A stretch of 64,000 nt of DNA from Candidatus Kaiserbacteria bacterium (GTDB lineage Bacteria; Patescibacteriota; Minisyncoccia; Phycocordibacterales; UBA918), in NCBI GenBank assembly GCA_016204695.1, contig JACQKD010000014.1:18562-82561 (forward strand), given 5' to 3'. The notes under the pieces are model-generated. The model had not been told where the DNA came from. It saw nothing but the letters and a program-made list of their open reading frames with translations, and ran no database searches. Below are positions 39,204-48,114 of the stretch, in pieces (within the stretch, counting starts at the first letter, position 1; each line of letters starts with the position of its first letter). The translations under genes were made by a program, and so were the position numbers.

Positions 39204-40208
39204 ATGGAACGACCGCCTGCAATCAGATTTTCAATGTTTGAGGACTTCGCCATACGGACGGAACGGAAGGAGAATCCCCGCACCATGCCGTACGTCCTTT
39301 GTTCCGTATCCGCGTTCAGCGGTCAGCGAGAACGGATAAGTCGCATGCTGAAGGACGATATGGAGCGCCTTTTCCGCGAATCTTCCACACAAAAAGAAGT
39401 GGTGACCGTAGAGCCGGCACGTGAGTTTTTGCAGACCGTGTGGCAAAGAGACAGTTATCTTTATTTTAACGGCGTCTACTTTCCTTGGCGATGGATCGAT
39501 ACAAAAGGCCAGAACCGTCCCGAGCGCGAAGCATATGTGCTAAAGATGATGGGGATGAAAGATAGCGTCTCTCTTGAAAAAGTACTGCCGCGGATACTGA
39601 CTGACAGGGACGAGGGAATGTTTGCCATGGGTGAAGGGGGGCTGTATTTCCCCGATCACGACAATAATACGCTGTTTATTTCTCGAGGAATCGTCGCTGA
39701 AGAAGGTACTCTCTCTGAAGAAGAACTTACTAAACGCCTTACAGATATGCATAAGCACATTTTTGGCGACGACATCGACGTCACGGTATTGCCGCAACCG
39801 GATACGACTCCGCATCTTGATACTCATTTTTCTGTTATTCCTAGGACCAAGATTGCGCTATTTGAAAACGGATACTATGGAAAAGCCGAGGGAGCCGGTG
39901 CGATGGAGACATTGGATCAGCTGGGATACGAAAGCGTTCAGACACCGCCGAGCGTTCTCTCGCGTCCTCTCAATATTTTCTATATGGAAAACGATGCGGG
40001 TACGGTATGTGCGTACGTCTATCCGAGCATCAATGAGTCAGTCCGAGACCTCTTGCACCAGAACAACGTAGAGACATACGATATGTCGCCAGCTCTTGGC
40101 AACATCCTCGACGCACAGGAAGGCGGCCCGCGATGTATCACCAACGAAGTCCACACCAAAGACCCTGCTTTCATCAGGAACCTCGGGTTTAAAGCTCCTT
40201 CCTTATGA
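39204..40208 (+). CDS. Pentein (amidinotransferase/arginine deiminase-like) superfamily protein
   Basis: WQRD, GEGG, HLDTHF and terminal GGPRCIT catalytic motifs. Confidence 0.7.
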   Translation: MERPPAIRFSMFEDFAIRTERKENPRTMPYVLCSVSAFSGQRERISRMLKDDMERLFRESSTQKEVVTVEPAREFLQTVWQRDSYLYFNGVYFPWRWIDTKGQNRPEREAYVLKMMGMKDSVSLEKVLPRILTDRDEGMFAMGEGGLYFPDHDNNTLFISRGIVAEEGTLSEEELTKRLTDMHKHIFGDDIDVTVLPQPDTTPHLDTHFSVIPRTKIALFENGYYGKAEGAGAMETLDQLGYESVQTPPSVLSRPLNIFYMENDAGTVCAYVYPSINESVRDLLHQNNVETYDMSPALGNILDAQEGGPRCITNEVHTKDPAFIRNLGFKAPSL

Positions 40209-41191
40209 ATGCGCAAAAATATATCATGTCTCAGCTTCAGGTTCTCAAAGAGCCGATATTGCTTGGGGTAAAACCAAAGAGCGCCGAAGAAATGGCGAAA
40301 GCTATTTTTACGGCTCTTATGTCAAAAAAGTTTAGGAAGTATTCCGTGCCTGAAAAGAATCAGGTAATAATCCGTGGAGCCATAGAGAAAAACATAGCGA
40401 ATGGTGAACCCATAAAGATATCATGGCCATTTGGAGGTTATAAGCTGTGGCGCTTTGAAGAAACTCCGGAGGTAGACTGGGCAGAGTTATTTTCTATCAT
40501 GTATTTTGTTCGTTGGCTCAAGCCGGTGTGTGCCCTCTATCAGAAAGGGGTCGAGTTTACGTTTTGGGTCGACGAGGTAGTGATAGCAAAGATGAATAAT
40601 ATTCCTCAGGCAGACCTGGACGCATACCAAAAAAGTTTTGCCGACCTTTTGAAGTTCGTCAAACCGTGGTTGCCCTCCAACCTAAAATTTGAAGTCTTTC
40701 TTGAGAGGTTACAATACGAAAGTAACGAAGCTTTCGAAAAAGGACTGGCAGTGGAGATGGAAAAACTAAGCAACGCCAGGGCCGCAAGTCCACAACCCCT
40801 GTCTGAGGCAGCCATACGCTCGATTGACATGAATGTAAAATTGACGCCAAGACAGGCCCAAGATCCATTCTGGCGGGAGAAGGTGGATCTTATGCACTAC
40901 GCCTACTACAACTTACAAGAGCAGCAAAACCGTATCCGGCCGTCTTATACAACTGTAAATATAACCGCATTTACGACTTTCTTTGAACCGAACGTGATTC
41001 CTGTCGGCACCACTAAAACCTCCATTGCGAAGTTTTGGGTCGGTGTTGGAGCGCTTCAGAGACGCGGGGATAGATTTATAGAAACTATCTTTTCTCTTTC
41101 ACAAATCGACAAGGCACATGCTGTATGGGAATCTGTGAAGATTGTTGGGTTGCGTGGAAAGAACTTCTCAAAGATTAGAGTCGTCGGGTAA
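40205..41191 (+). CDS. Hypothetical protein with PvcA/DIT1 (isocyanide synthase)-like N-terminal pattern
   Basis: WPFGGYK...VDWAE...LYQKGVEFTFWVD...NIPQADLDAYQKSF parallels the PvcA/DIT1 motif order; ATGA-coupled to the pentein gene. Confidence 0.45.
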   Translation: MNAQKYIMSQLQVLKEPILLGVKPKSAEEMAKAIFTALMSKKFRKYSVPEKNQVIIRGAIEKNIANGEPIKISWPFGGYKLWRFEETPEVDWAELFSIMYFVRWLKPVCALYQKGVEFTFWVDEVVIAKMNNIPQADLDAYQKSFADLLKFVKPWLPSNLKFEVFLERLQYESNEAFEKGLAVEMEKLSNARAASPQPLSEAAIRSIDMNVKLTPRQAQDPFWREKVDLMHYAYYNLQEQQNRIRPSYTTVNITAFTTFFEPNVIPVGTTKTSIAKFWVGVGALQRRGDRFIETIFSLSQIDKAHAVWESVKIVGLRGKNFSKIRVVG

Positions 41192-41391
41192 TCCTCAAGG
41201 AACTGAAACTGTCTTGTTTGGCAGGAATCTCATACAGCCATATGGGTTTTGTACGTCCGGGGTTCTGTGACTGAACAAATAGACAGGAGAAGATATCCTG
41301 GATACTTCATCTTGGGAGCGAAAAACAGTGCACTTGATTCCAGAACCAGGATCATTTTCGATAGGAGTTAGGTATACTTATTCCACGACGA

Positions 41392-41458
41392 AAATGCAGA
41401 AACTGCCCAAGCTGGAGAAGGGGGACAAAGTAGCGATTTTGTCGCCGTCGTTTGCGGC
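41392..41458 (+). repeat. Diverged duplicate of the 5' end of the S66 peptidase gene (42592-42658)
   Basis: 59/67 nt identical by manual alignment; encodes MQKLPKLEKGDKVAILSPSFAA versus MRKLPKLQKGDKVAILSPSFAA. Confidence 0.88.
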
Positions 41459-41462
41459 AGGG

Positions 41463-41499
41463 TCGGCCTCGCCATCTTCGGCCGTCATCTGCTATAGTT
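41463..41499 (+). repeat. Diverged duplicate of the 3' end of dgkA (38762-38798)
   Basis: 34/37 nt identical, including the TAG stop codon. Confidence 0.85.
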
Positions 41500-41507
41500 T
41501 GTCCAAT

Positions 41508-42146
41508 ATGCGAAAGCTTGTCGTACCACTGTATCTGCAAGCACCGAAATCAGTGGATTGCGGACCGGTATGTGTCCGAATGGTGTTATCCTATTTTGGC
41601 ATCCGCCGAAGTTTGGCCTTCTTGCAGAAAAAACTCCATTACGACAAAACAGGGACATCGTCGTACGACAACGGCGCATTACTCCTCGATGAAGGATTGC
41701 GGGTAACAGCCGTCACCGCCAACCCGATGCTTTTCCCGCCCGACATTGTCCGCTCGCTTAAGAATAAGAAGCACCTCCAAGAGTTGATCACTAAAAAGAG
41801 CAAAACGACCCCTAAATATAAAAAATGTTTGAAGACTTTAGAGAAATTCCTGGAAAAAGGAGGTAATTTAATAATTGAAATCCCGAACGCGAAACACGTA
41901 CGCGCCGCGATCGACGCAAAGCGACCGATTATCGCATTACTCTACGGAAAAGCAATGGGGAGCAACGAAGGAACGTTCCACTTTGTTGTGGTTACGGGAT
42001 ATGACGGCAAACACGTCTTCATCAACAACCCGTATCCGAAGTCAAAACGGCAGTGGAAATGCCCGATGGATACTTTTCTCTATGCGGTCCATTCCTCAAG
42101 TGTGGGATATATAGACAATGCAACGTTGTTAATTATCTCTAAATAA
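41508..42146 (+). CDS. Peptidase C39-like family protein
   Basis: VPLYLQ...DCGPVCVRMVLSYFG; HFVVVTGYD...INNP. Confidence 0.8.
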   Translation: MRKLVVPLYLQAPKSVDCGPVCVRMVLSYFGIRRSLAFLQKKLHYDKTGTSSYDNGALLLDEGLRVTAVTANPMLFPPDIVRSLKNKKHLQELITKKSKTTPKYKKCLKTLEKFLEKGGNLIIEIPNAKHVRAAIDAKRPIIALLYGKAMGSNEGTFHFVVVTGYDGKHVFINNPYPKSKRQWKCPMDTFLYAVHSSSVGYIDNATLLIISK

Positions 42147-42173
42147 GCTCCAGATACTATTCAAGATATAGCT

Positions 42174-42569
42174 ATGAAAACAGAAACAAACGGATTTTCT
42201 TTCATTTTGAAACCGTCGACAATCGTCGAGGCGGGAATCGGGGTATTCGCACTGCATGATATCGCCAAGGGCACCCATATGGCATTGTTTCTGAAAGACT
42301 TTGAGGAAATGATGTATAAGCCGGAGGATGTGCCGGAAGAATTGCAAGGATATTGTCTTGACCTGCCCGATGGGAAGCTTCAATGTCCAAAATATTTCAA
42401 CCGAATGGACATCGGGAACTATCTAAATCACTCGGAAAATGCCAATATACGGTGGGAGGGAGAGAAGGGATATTTTGCCGCCCGCGACATCCGGAAAGGC
42501 GAAGAAATCCTCGCCGACTACCGCCAGCTCGGTGAGCCGGAAGACACCTGGGCGGAGTATTATAGATAG
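42174..42569 (+). CDS. SET domain protein (lysine methyltransferase-like)
   Basis: GIGVFA, YLNHS and RDIRKGEEILADY signature motifs. Confidence 0.88.
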   Translation: MKTETNGFSFILKPSTIVEAGIGVFALHDIAKGTHMALFLKDFEEMMYKPEDVPEELQGYCLDLPDGKLQCPKYFNRMDIGNYLNHSENANIRWEGEKGYFAARDIRKGEEILADYRQLGEPEDTWAEYYR

Positions 42570-42584
42570 GGAATAATTCACTCC

Positions 42585-43625
42585 ATGACAGAAATGCGGA
42601 AACTGCCAAAACTACAGAAAGGGGACAAGGTGGCGATTTTGTCGCCGTCGTTTGCGGCGCCGGGAAAATGGCCGCAGGTGTATGAGCTCGGACTCACGCG
42701 AGTGCGGGAAGTATTCGGCTTGGACCCGGTCGAATTCCCGACAACCAAAAAGATTGGTGCGTCGGGGGAGGAACGGGCGAAGGACATCATCGACGCGTTC
42801 ACGAATCCCGAGATTAAAGCGGTAATTACCACGCTTGGCGGCAACGACCAAGTCACCTACATCAAGAATCTTCCCGCAGAGCCATTTGTCGAGAACCCGA
42901 AACCGTTTTTCGGGTACAGCGACAATTCGCATTTCTGCAACTTTCTTTTCCTCAATGGCATTCCGTCATACTATGGCGCTTCACTTTTTACGCAGTTTGC
43001 AATACAGGGTGAGATGGATGCCTATACCGTCGAATACATCAACCATGCACTTTTTGACGAGGATGAATTCGAAATCAGACCGTCGGAAGAGTACAACGAC
43101 AAGGGTCTTGATTGGAACAATACTGACCTTCTCGGGACCCGCCGCACCTACTGGCTGAACGAGGGGTGGCATTGGGACGGTGAACAGAGCGCGGAGGGAC
43201 TCCTGTGGGGAGGATGCATCGAGTCGGTCGATGAGATGCTCCGCCACGGCGTGCCTATTCCCACGCTCGAACAATTCACGGACATCGTACTCATGCTTGA
43301 GTCGTCAGAAGAAATACCGCCCGCACAGTATGTATCCCGGATACTTCGGGCGCTCGGCGAGCGGGGGATACTGAAGCAGGTAAAAGGCGTGCTTGTCGGC
43401 CGGCCGAAAGCATGGGAATTCGACAAGCAGAATACCGATGATGAAAAGAAAGCGTATCGCGCGGAACAGCGGGAAATTGTCCTCAAAACAGTCCGTGCGT
43501 ACAATGTCAATATCCCCATCGTCCAAAATCTCGACTTCGGCCACACCGACCCGCAACTCCCGATGCCCTACGGCGGAAAGGTGCGTATAGACTCCGAAGC
43601 CAAGAAGATTTTTGCTGACTTTTAA
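42585..43625 (+). CDS. S66 family peptidase (LD-carboxypeptidase/MccF-like)
   Basis: GDKVAILSPS, GYSDNS, LESSEE and DFGHTDP. Confidence 0.9.
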   Translation: MTEMRKLPKLQKGDKVAILSPSFAAPGKWPQVYELGLTRVREVFGLDPVEFPTTKKIGASGEERAKDIIDAFTNPEIKAVITTLGGNDQVTYIKNLPAEPFVENPKPFFGYSDNSHFCNFLFLNGIPSYYGASLFTQFAIQGEMDAYTVEYINHALFDEDEFEIRPSEEYNDKGLDWNNTDLLGTRRTYWLNEGWHWDGEQSAEGLLWGGCIESVDEMLRHGVPIPTLEQFTDIVLMLESSEEIPPAQYVSRILRALGERGILKQVKGVLVGRPKAWEFDKQNTDDEKKAYRAEQREIVLKTVRAYNVNIPIVQNLDFGHTDPQLPMPYGGKVRIDSEAKKIFADF

Positions 43626-43628
43626 ATT

Positions 43629-44135
43629 ATGTTAGAGACTATTCATGATTTTAAAGAAGATGCAAAAAGGTACATCGACCTTTTTAATGCGTTCACGGGA
43701 AAGCATAACCTGACCGATAAAGCACAAGCGGACCATATCTGCTACAAGTGCGGTTCGAAAGAATCATTCGAACAACTTCGAGTTTTGTTCGAATCAAACA
43801 GTAGCTGGATATATCAGTCAATAATCTCGAACCGCCGCATCGCATATATAAAGCTTGCGGAAGGTATCGAATCCGCATTGGGCACAATCCATTTCCTCGA
43901 GCTGTCGGACCAGAAACCGGATGGTTCACAACATGACGGTTTTGACCACATAGAGGCCTATCCCACAGCATATTCCTACGAAGAAATGGTGCGAGAATTG
44001 GAATCCTCGGAGAAGGTACTGAAGATAGAACGCCCGCACCATACCACACATGACATTGATATCGGCGACAAGTTCTTATTTCGTTGCACCCAGGGTCCCC
44101 TCGTGGAGAAGATTAAAAGTACGGAAATGATTTGA
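43629..44135 (+). CDS. YecM-like VOC family metalloprotein
   Basis: ADHICYKC, IISNRRI, LEL...K and GFDHIE. Confidence 0.75.
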   Translation: MLETIHDFKEDAKRYIDLFNAFTGKHNLTDKAQADHICYKCGSKESFEQLRVLFESNSSWIYQSIISNRRIAYIKLAEGIESALGTIHFLELSDQKPDGSQHDGFDHIEAYPTAYSYEEMVRELESSEKVLKIERPHHTTHDIDIGDKFLFRCTQGPLVEKIKSTEMI

Positions 44136-44145
44136 TAATGACAAT

Positions 44146-44694
44146 ATGAGCACACACATCACATATTTCGTCCATGGTACGACGACGGATAACGAACAAC
44201 ATATCTCTTCGGGATGGAAGGATGTGGAGCTTTCGGAGCTTGGTATCAAGTAGGGAAAAGAGCTCGGCGAGACCACCGCAGACAAGCGCTTCGATGTGGT
44301 ATTTTGCTCCGACCTCAGGCGGGCCGTTGGTTCGGCACAACTCGCATGGGGTGACAAATATCCGATCATTCCGGACGAACGTCTGCGCGAGTGCAACTAT
44401 GGCGACCTCAACGGTGCATCTTCGGATATTGTTGAACCGATGCAAGAAGAGGAATGCATCGCAAAGCCGTTTCCGAACGGAGAAAGTTATGGAGACGTAA
44501 AAGCTCGGATTGCGGACTTCCTGGAGTTTCTAAAAACAAACTATGACGGAAAGCATGTCGCGATTGTAGGACATAAGGCACCCCAACTTTCTCTCGACGT
44601 CCTCTTGAAGAGTAAAACATGGACGCAAGCTTTGGCCGAAGATTGGCGAAAGACGAAGGTATGGAAACCTGGCTGGGACTATCTTCTTGAGTGA
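44146..44694 (+). pseudogene. Histidine phosphatase family gene with in-frame TAG at 44251-44253
   Basis: MSTHITYFVHGTT...LSELGIK*GKEL...FCSDLRRA...LRECNYG...GES...IVGH is one continuous frame apart from a single amber codon. Confidence 0.8.
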
Positions 44695-44697
44695 GAT

Positions 44698-45657
44698 ATG
44701 ACAACCAAACAGAAAATCCTCCAGTCTCTTATACCGCTTATTGAGGACCTGCAATTCGTGATAATCGACGACAAACGTGTACAAGAGGTCGCGAAGGAGT
44801 TGCTTTCGGCTGATCTTCCTCCCTGGGACAACGACCTTCAACTGCTCGGAACGCCCGAAGAAACAGCGCAATACTATTTCTTTGTTGACAGTATCAACTT
44901 CTGTTTTTGGGCACCAAAAGGCGAAACCCGATGGGAATATGAGATTAACGGCGCATGGGTCGGCGGGTACTATGCCTATTCCCGAGCTATCAAGGATGCG
45001 TTCCTTAAGAGCCGTCATTTTTTCGATGCAAAGTATCTGCAAACTATCCCGGAAGATGTTTTTCGTGCGATCTTTGAAAGCGGAAGAAACAAGCTTTTGC
45101 TTCTTGAGGAGCGACTGCAAATCATACGAGAAAATTTCTCTATTTTGTCGGATCAGTTTGATGGTCAGGCAATCAACCTCATCGAGCAAACGGGGAAAGA
45201 CGCGGACAAAATCGTCGAGCTTCTCACCGCGTCGTTCCCCTCATTTCGAGACAGTGCTCTTTGGGAAGACAGCACGCTCTATTTTCTCAAGCGGGCGCAG
45301 ATTTTTGCATCAGATGTCTCATATACCGGCCTGCCGGAACTCGCCATCGCCAATCTCGACCATCTCACCGTATTTGCCGACTATAAGTTGCCGCAGATAC
45401 TTGAATCATTCGGCGTGCTGACATACGCACCCGAATTGGATGCCGATATACGAAACGAGGTGCTTATCCCCCCGGGATCACGTAAAGAAATAGAGATCCG
45501 CGCATGCGCGATCACAGCGGTCGAACGAATACGCGACGAGATGGAGCGGCTCGGCAGAGCGCTTTCAAGCAACGAGCTCGATTGGATACTCTGGGTCAAG
45601 GCAAAGCAGACGACATTCATAAAACCTCACCACAAGACCCTCACAACGTTTTATTAA
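44698..45657 (+). CDS. Queuosine salvage N-glycosylase (DUF2419/QNG1 family)
   Basis: DSINFCFW, FLKRAQIF, LTVFADYKLPQIL, EIEIRA and HHKTLTTFY motifs. Confidence 0.85.
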   Translation: MTTKQKILQSLIPLIEDLQFVIIDDKRVQEVAKELLSADLPPWDNDLQLLGTPEETAQYYFFVDSINFCFWAPKGETRWEYEINGAWVGGYYAYSRAIKDAFLKSRHFFDAKYLQTIPEDVFRAIFESGRNKLLLLEERLQIIRENFSILSDQFDGQAINLIEQTGKDADKIVELLTASFPSFRDSALWEDSTLYFLKRAQIFASDVSYTGLPELAIANLDHLTVFADYKLPQILESFGVLTYAPELDADIRNEVLIPPGSRKEIEIRACAITAVERIRDEMERLGRALSSNELDWILWVKAKQTTFIKPHHKTLTTFY

Positions 45658-45673
45658 CGCTTTCCAAGATTAC

Positions 45674-46204
45674 ATGCAACACCACAACACTCTTTTTATC
45701 CTCTGCGGCGAAGCGTTTTCGGGAAAGTCGACTCTCGCCGACCATATCGCCAAGCACTACGGAGCGCATATCGTCGGACGCGACCTGATCTATTTTTCGC
45801 TTGCCGACGCATTGGCTCTCGAAGAGACGCCGGAAGAGGATGATGATGCTTTCTGGAAAAACATGTGGCCGATCGCCATGCAAGGCGTGCGGAATCTTTT
45901 GCTGACAGGCCAGTCGGTGGTATTCGACGACAACTGTCTGCTCTTTCGACAACGTGAAGAATTGCGTGAGATCGCAACCGCCTGCGGCGCGCGGAGTGTC
46001 CTGATCTATCTCAATGTACCCGCGGATATTCTCAAAAAACGAAAAGACGCGAACAAATTGACGCGGGAACGGCATGATGTCCCTTCTGCATGGCTTGCGG
46101 ATGATGCGCGACTTTTCGAGCGACCGGAAGAAACTGAAAAAATTCTGCCGTACACCCCTGACGAACCGGCTGAAATGCTCTGGAAGAGAATTGAGCAGAT
46201 CTGA
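45674..46204 (+). CDS. P-loop kinase (AAA_33/nucleotide kinase-like)
   Basis: CGEAFSGKST, VVFDD, RQREEL and FERP. Confidence 0.8.
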   Translation: MQHHNTLFILCGEAFSGKSTLADHIAKHYGAHIVGRDLIYFSLADALALEETPEEDDDAFWKNMWPIAMQGVRNLLLTGQSVVFDDNCLLFRQREELREIATACGARSVLIYLNVPADILKKRKDANKLTRERHDVPSAWLADDARLFERPEETEKILPYTPDEPAEMLWKRIEQI

Positions 46205-46296
46205 TCACAAACCGCTTATTCTTCCCCGGATGGCTTTTCTGACTGCGCCGAAAGTGTGCTTGTGAGAAGAAAAGTCGCGTTGCTATACTCTTAGTC

Positions 46297-46746
46297 ATGC
46301 CGGAACACTTCAAATATATTGCCGCAAGTTACTTACTGCTTATCAATGATGGGAATATTTTGTTGCAGCGCAGATACAATACCGGCTTCATGGATGGTTG
46401 GTATGGACTGCCTTCCGGACATCTCGACGGAGGAGAAACCGCACGAGAAGGAGGGTCGCGTGAATTCAAAGAAGAGCTCGGTATCCGTATTGACCCCGAA
46501 GACTTGAGCATGGTGCATGTGATGCATCGCAAAGCGCGCAACGATGAACGAATCGACTTCTTCATGACCACGAAACGGTACGAGGGAACGATAGAGAATC
46601 GGGAGCCGCACAAATGCGATGATCTCCGCTGGTGTCCTCCGGATGCGCTTCCTGAAAACACTATTGATTATATCGTCACAGCGATCAAGGCGTTTCGAGA
46701 CGGGGAATTCTATTCTGAGTTTGGGTGGTCCCGGCACACAGGGTAA
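46297..46746 (+). CDS. NUDIX hydrolase
   Basis: RRYNTGFMDG...PSGHLDGGETAREGGSREFKEELG; NREPHKC. Confidence 0.88.
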   Translation: MPEHFKYIAASYLLLINDGNILLQRRYNTGFMDGWYGLPSGHLDGGETAREGGSREFKEELGIRIDPEDLSMVHVMHRKARNDERIDFFMTTKRYEGTIENREPHKCDDLRWCPPDALPENTIDYIVTAIKAFRDGEFYSEFGWSRHTG

Positions 46747-46836
46747 AAACAGGAACGCGATGGTCACTATCCGCGCATAGACCTAATTCAGCTACAGTTG
46801 TTTGGGGAACAAGGAATGATACTTTATACTTTACTT

Positions 46837-47142
46837 ATGGAACGTAAAACTCTCAAGGAACTCCAGAGGTTCTACGCGGAGAAGTCAAAAGAACGGGGCT
46901 TCGATAAGGAAACAGCACAAGATGCGCTCTTACTCATGGTAGAAGAAGTAGGCGAACTCGCTCGGGCGGTCAGAAAACAAGCGAGCATAAAAATAGACGA
47001 TAAGACAAAAGTATACGCTGTTGAGGAGGAGCTTGCCGATATTTTCAACTATCTGTTGCATATTTCAAACATATTGGGATTAGATCTGGAAGAATCGTTT
47101 TGGAAAAAAGAAGAAGAGAATAAAAAGAGAAAGTGGACATAA
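46837..47142 (+). CDS. MazG-like nucleotide pyrophosphohydrolase
   Basis: EEVGELARA...EEELADIF. Confidence 0.85.
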   Translation: MERKTLKELQRFYAEKSKERGFDKETAQDALLLMVEEVGELARAVRKQASIKIDDKTKVYAVEEELADIFNYLLHISNILGLDLEESFWKKEEENKKRKWT

Positions 47143-47158
47143 GTCCCGGACGACGGGT

Positions 47159-47968
47159 ATGTTTAAGAAAATCTTATACGGCGTCGGCGGGGTAGTTATC
47201 CTTATAGTCATATTCAGCACGATTGGATACAAAGACAACAAGACAGGTCCTAAAGACATTTTTAGTTTACAAGAAGCTATCGTAACAGGACCTTTCTCCA
47301 CGAACACACCAGTATCGGGAGAACAACCGGTACCAGGGCAAGAAGAAAACGTCACATATTATCGAGTAATCAAAGTGGTTGACGGAGATACGATTGCTGT
47401 TGATATGGACGGGAAAACGGAAACGATACGACTGATCGGGATCAACACGCCGGAGACGGTAGACCCGCGAAAGCAGGTGGAATGTTTCGGTCGCGAAGCG
47501 TCGGACAAAGCAAAAGAATTACTCTCCGGCAAACGCGTACGAGTAGAGACGGACGCCACGCAAGGAGAGCGGGACAAATACGGCCGCCTCTTGGCGTATA
47601 TCTATCTCGAAGACGGACTCTTTTTCAACAAGCACATGATCGAGGAAGGATACGCATACGAGTATACGTACAATCTGCCATACAAATACCAAGCAGAGTT
47701 CAGAGCGGCACAACAGTCCGCGCAAGCCGGCGAAAAAGGTCTGTGGACTAAAGGAGTATGTGACAGCAGATCAACAGCGACGCCGTCTCCGTCAATTCCG
47801 GCATCTGTTTCCTCCGACTATTCATGTGCGGAAGATACCTACAATTGCGGCGGCTTCAAAACGCATGCCGAGGCTCAATCCGCATACGAGGCCTGCGGCG
47901 GGACGGGAAACGACATCCATCACCTCGATCAAGATGGGGATGGGTTGGCCTGCGAAAGCTTACCTTAA
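47159..47968 (+). CDS. Membrane-anchored thermonuclease (SNase) with C-terminal Excalibur Ca-binding domain
   Basis: VVDGDTI, IRLIGINTPE, DKYGRLLAY and KGLW; C-terminal NC...LDQDGDGLACE. Confidence 0.9.
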   Translation: MFKKILYGVGGVVILIVIFSTIGYKDNKTGPKDIFSLQEAIVTGPFSTNTPVSGEQPVPGQEENVTYYRVIKVVDGDTIAVDMDGKTETIRLIGINTPETVDPRKQVECFGREASDKAKELLSGKRVRVETDATQGERDKYGRLLAYIYLEDGLFFNKHMIEEGYAYEYTYNLPYKYQAEFRAAQQSAQAGEKGLWTKGVCDSRSTATPSPSIPASVSSDYSCAEDTYNCGGFKTHAEAQSAYEACGGTGNDIHHLDQDGDGLACESLP

Positions 47969-47991
47969 GCGTCCGTTCGTCGATTTCTACC

Positions 47992-48046
47992 GAAGCAAAA
48001 AGCGCCGCCGCCGGGGCAAAGCCCCGGCGGCGGCGCTTTTTGCTTC
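47992..48046. terminator. Perfect 26-bp hairpin, bidirectional terminator-like
   Basis: GAAGCAAAAAGCGCCGCCGCCGGGGC-AAA-GCCCCGGCGGCGGCGCTTTTTGCTTC. Confidence 0.85.
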
Positions 48047-48114
48047 TCACAATCCCAAATGGTACTCTTATCCGCAGAAACTGGAGAATACTGTTTATCC
48101 GTATATCGTTACAT

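Noticed and set aside
41328-41507. N-terminal extension of the C39 peptidase given in the ORF track
   Set aside because: The extension is made of the duplicated S66 start and an out-of-frame dgkA end; the real start is more likely ATG 41508
44251-44253. Genome-wide stop-codon reassignment (TAG, or TGA as in code 25)
   Set aside because: Many well-conserved genes here end cleanly at TAG (ftsE, ftsX, dgkA) or TGA (htrA, purM); only one internal stop was seen
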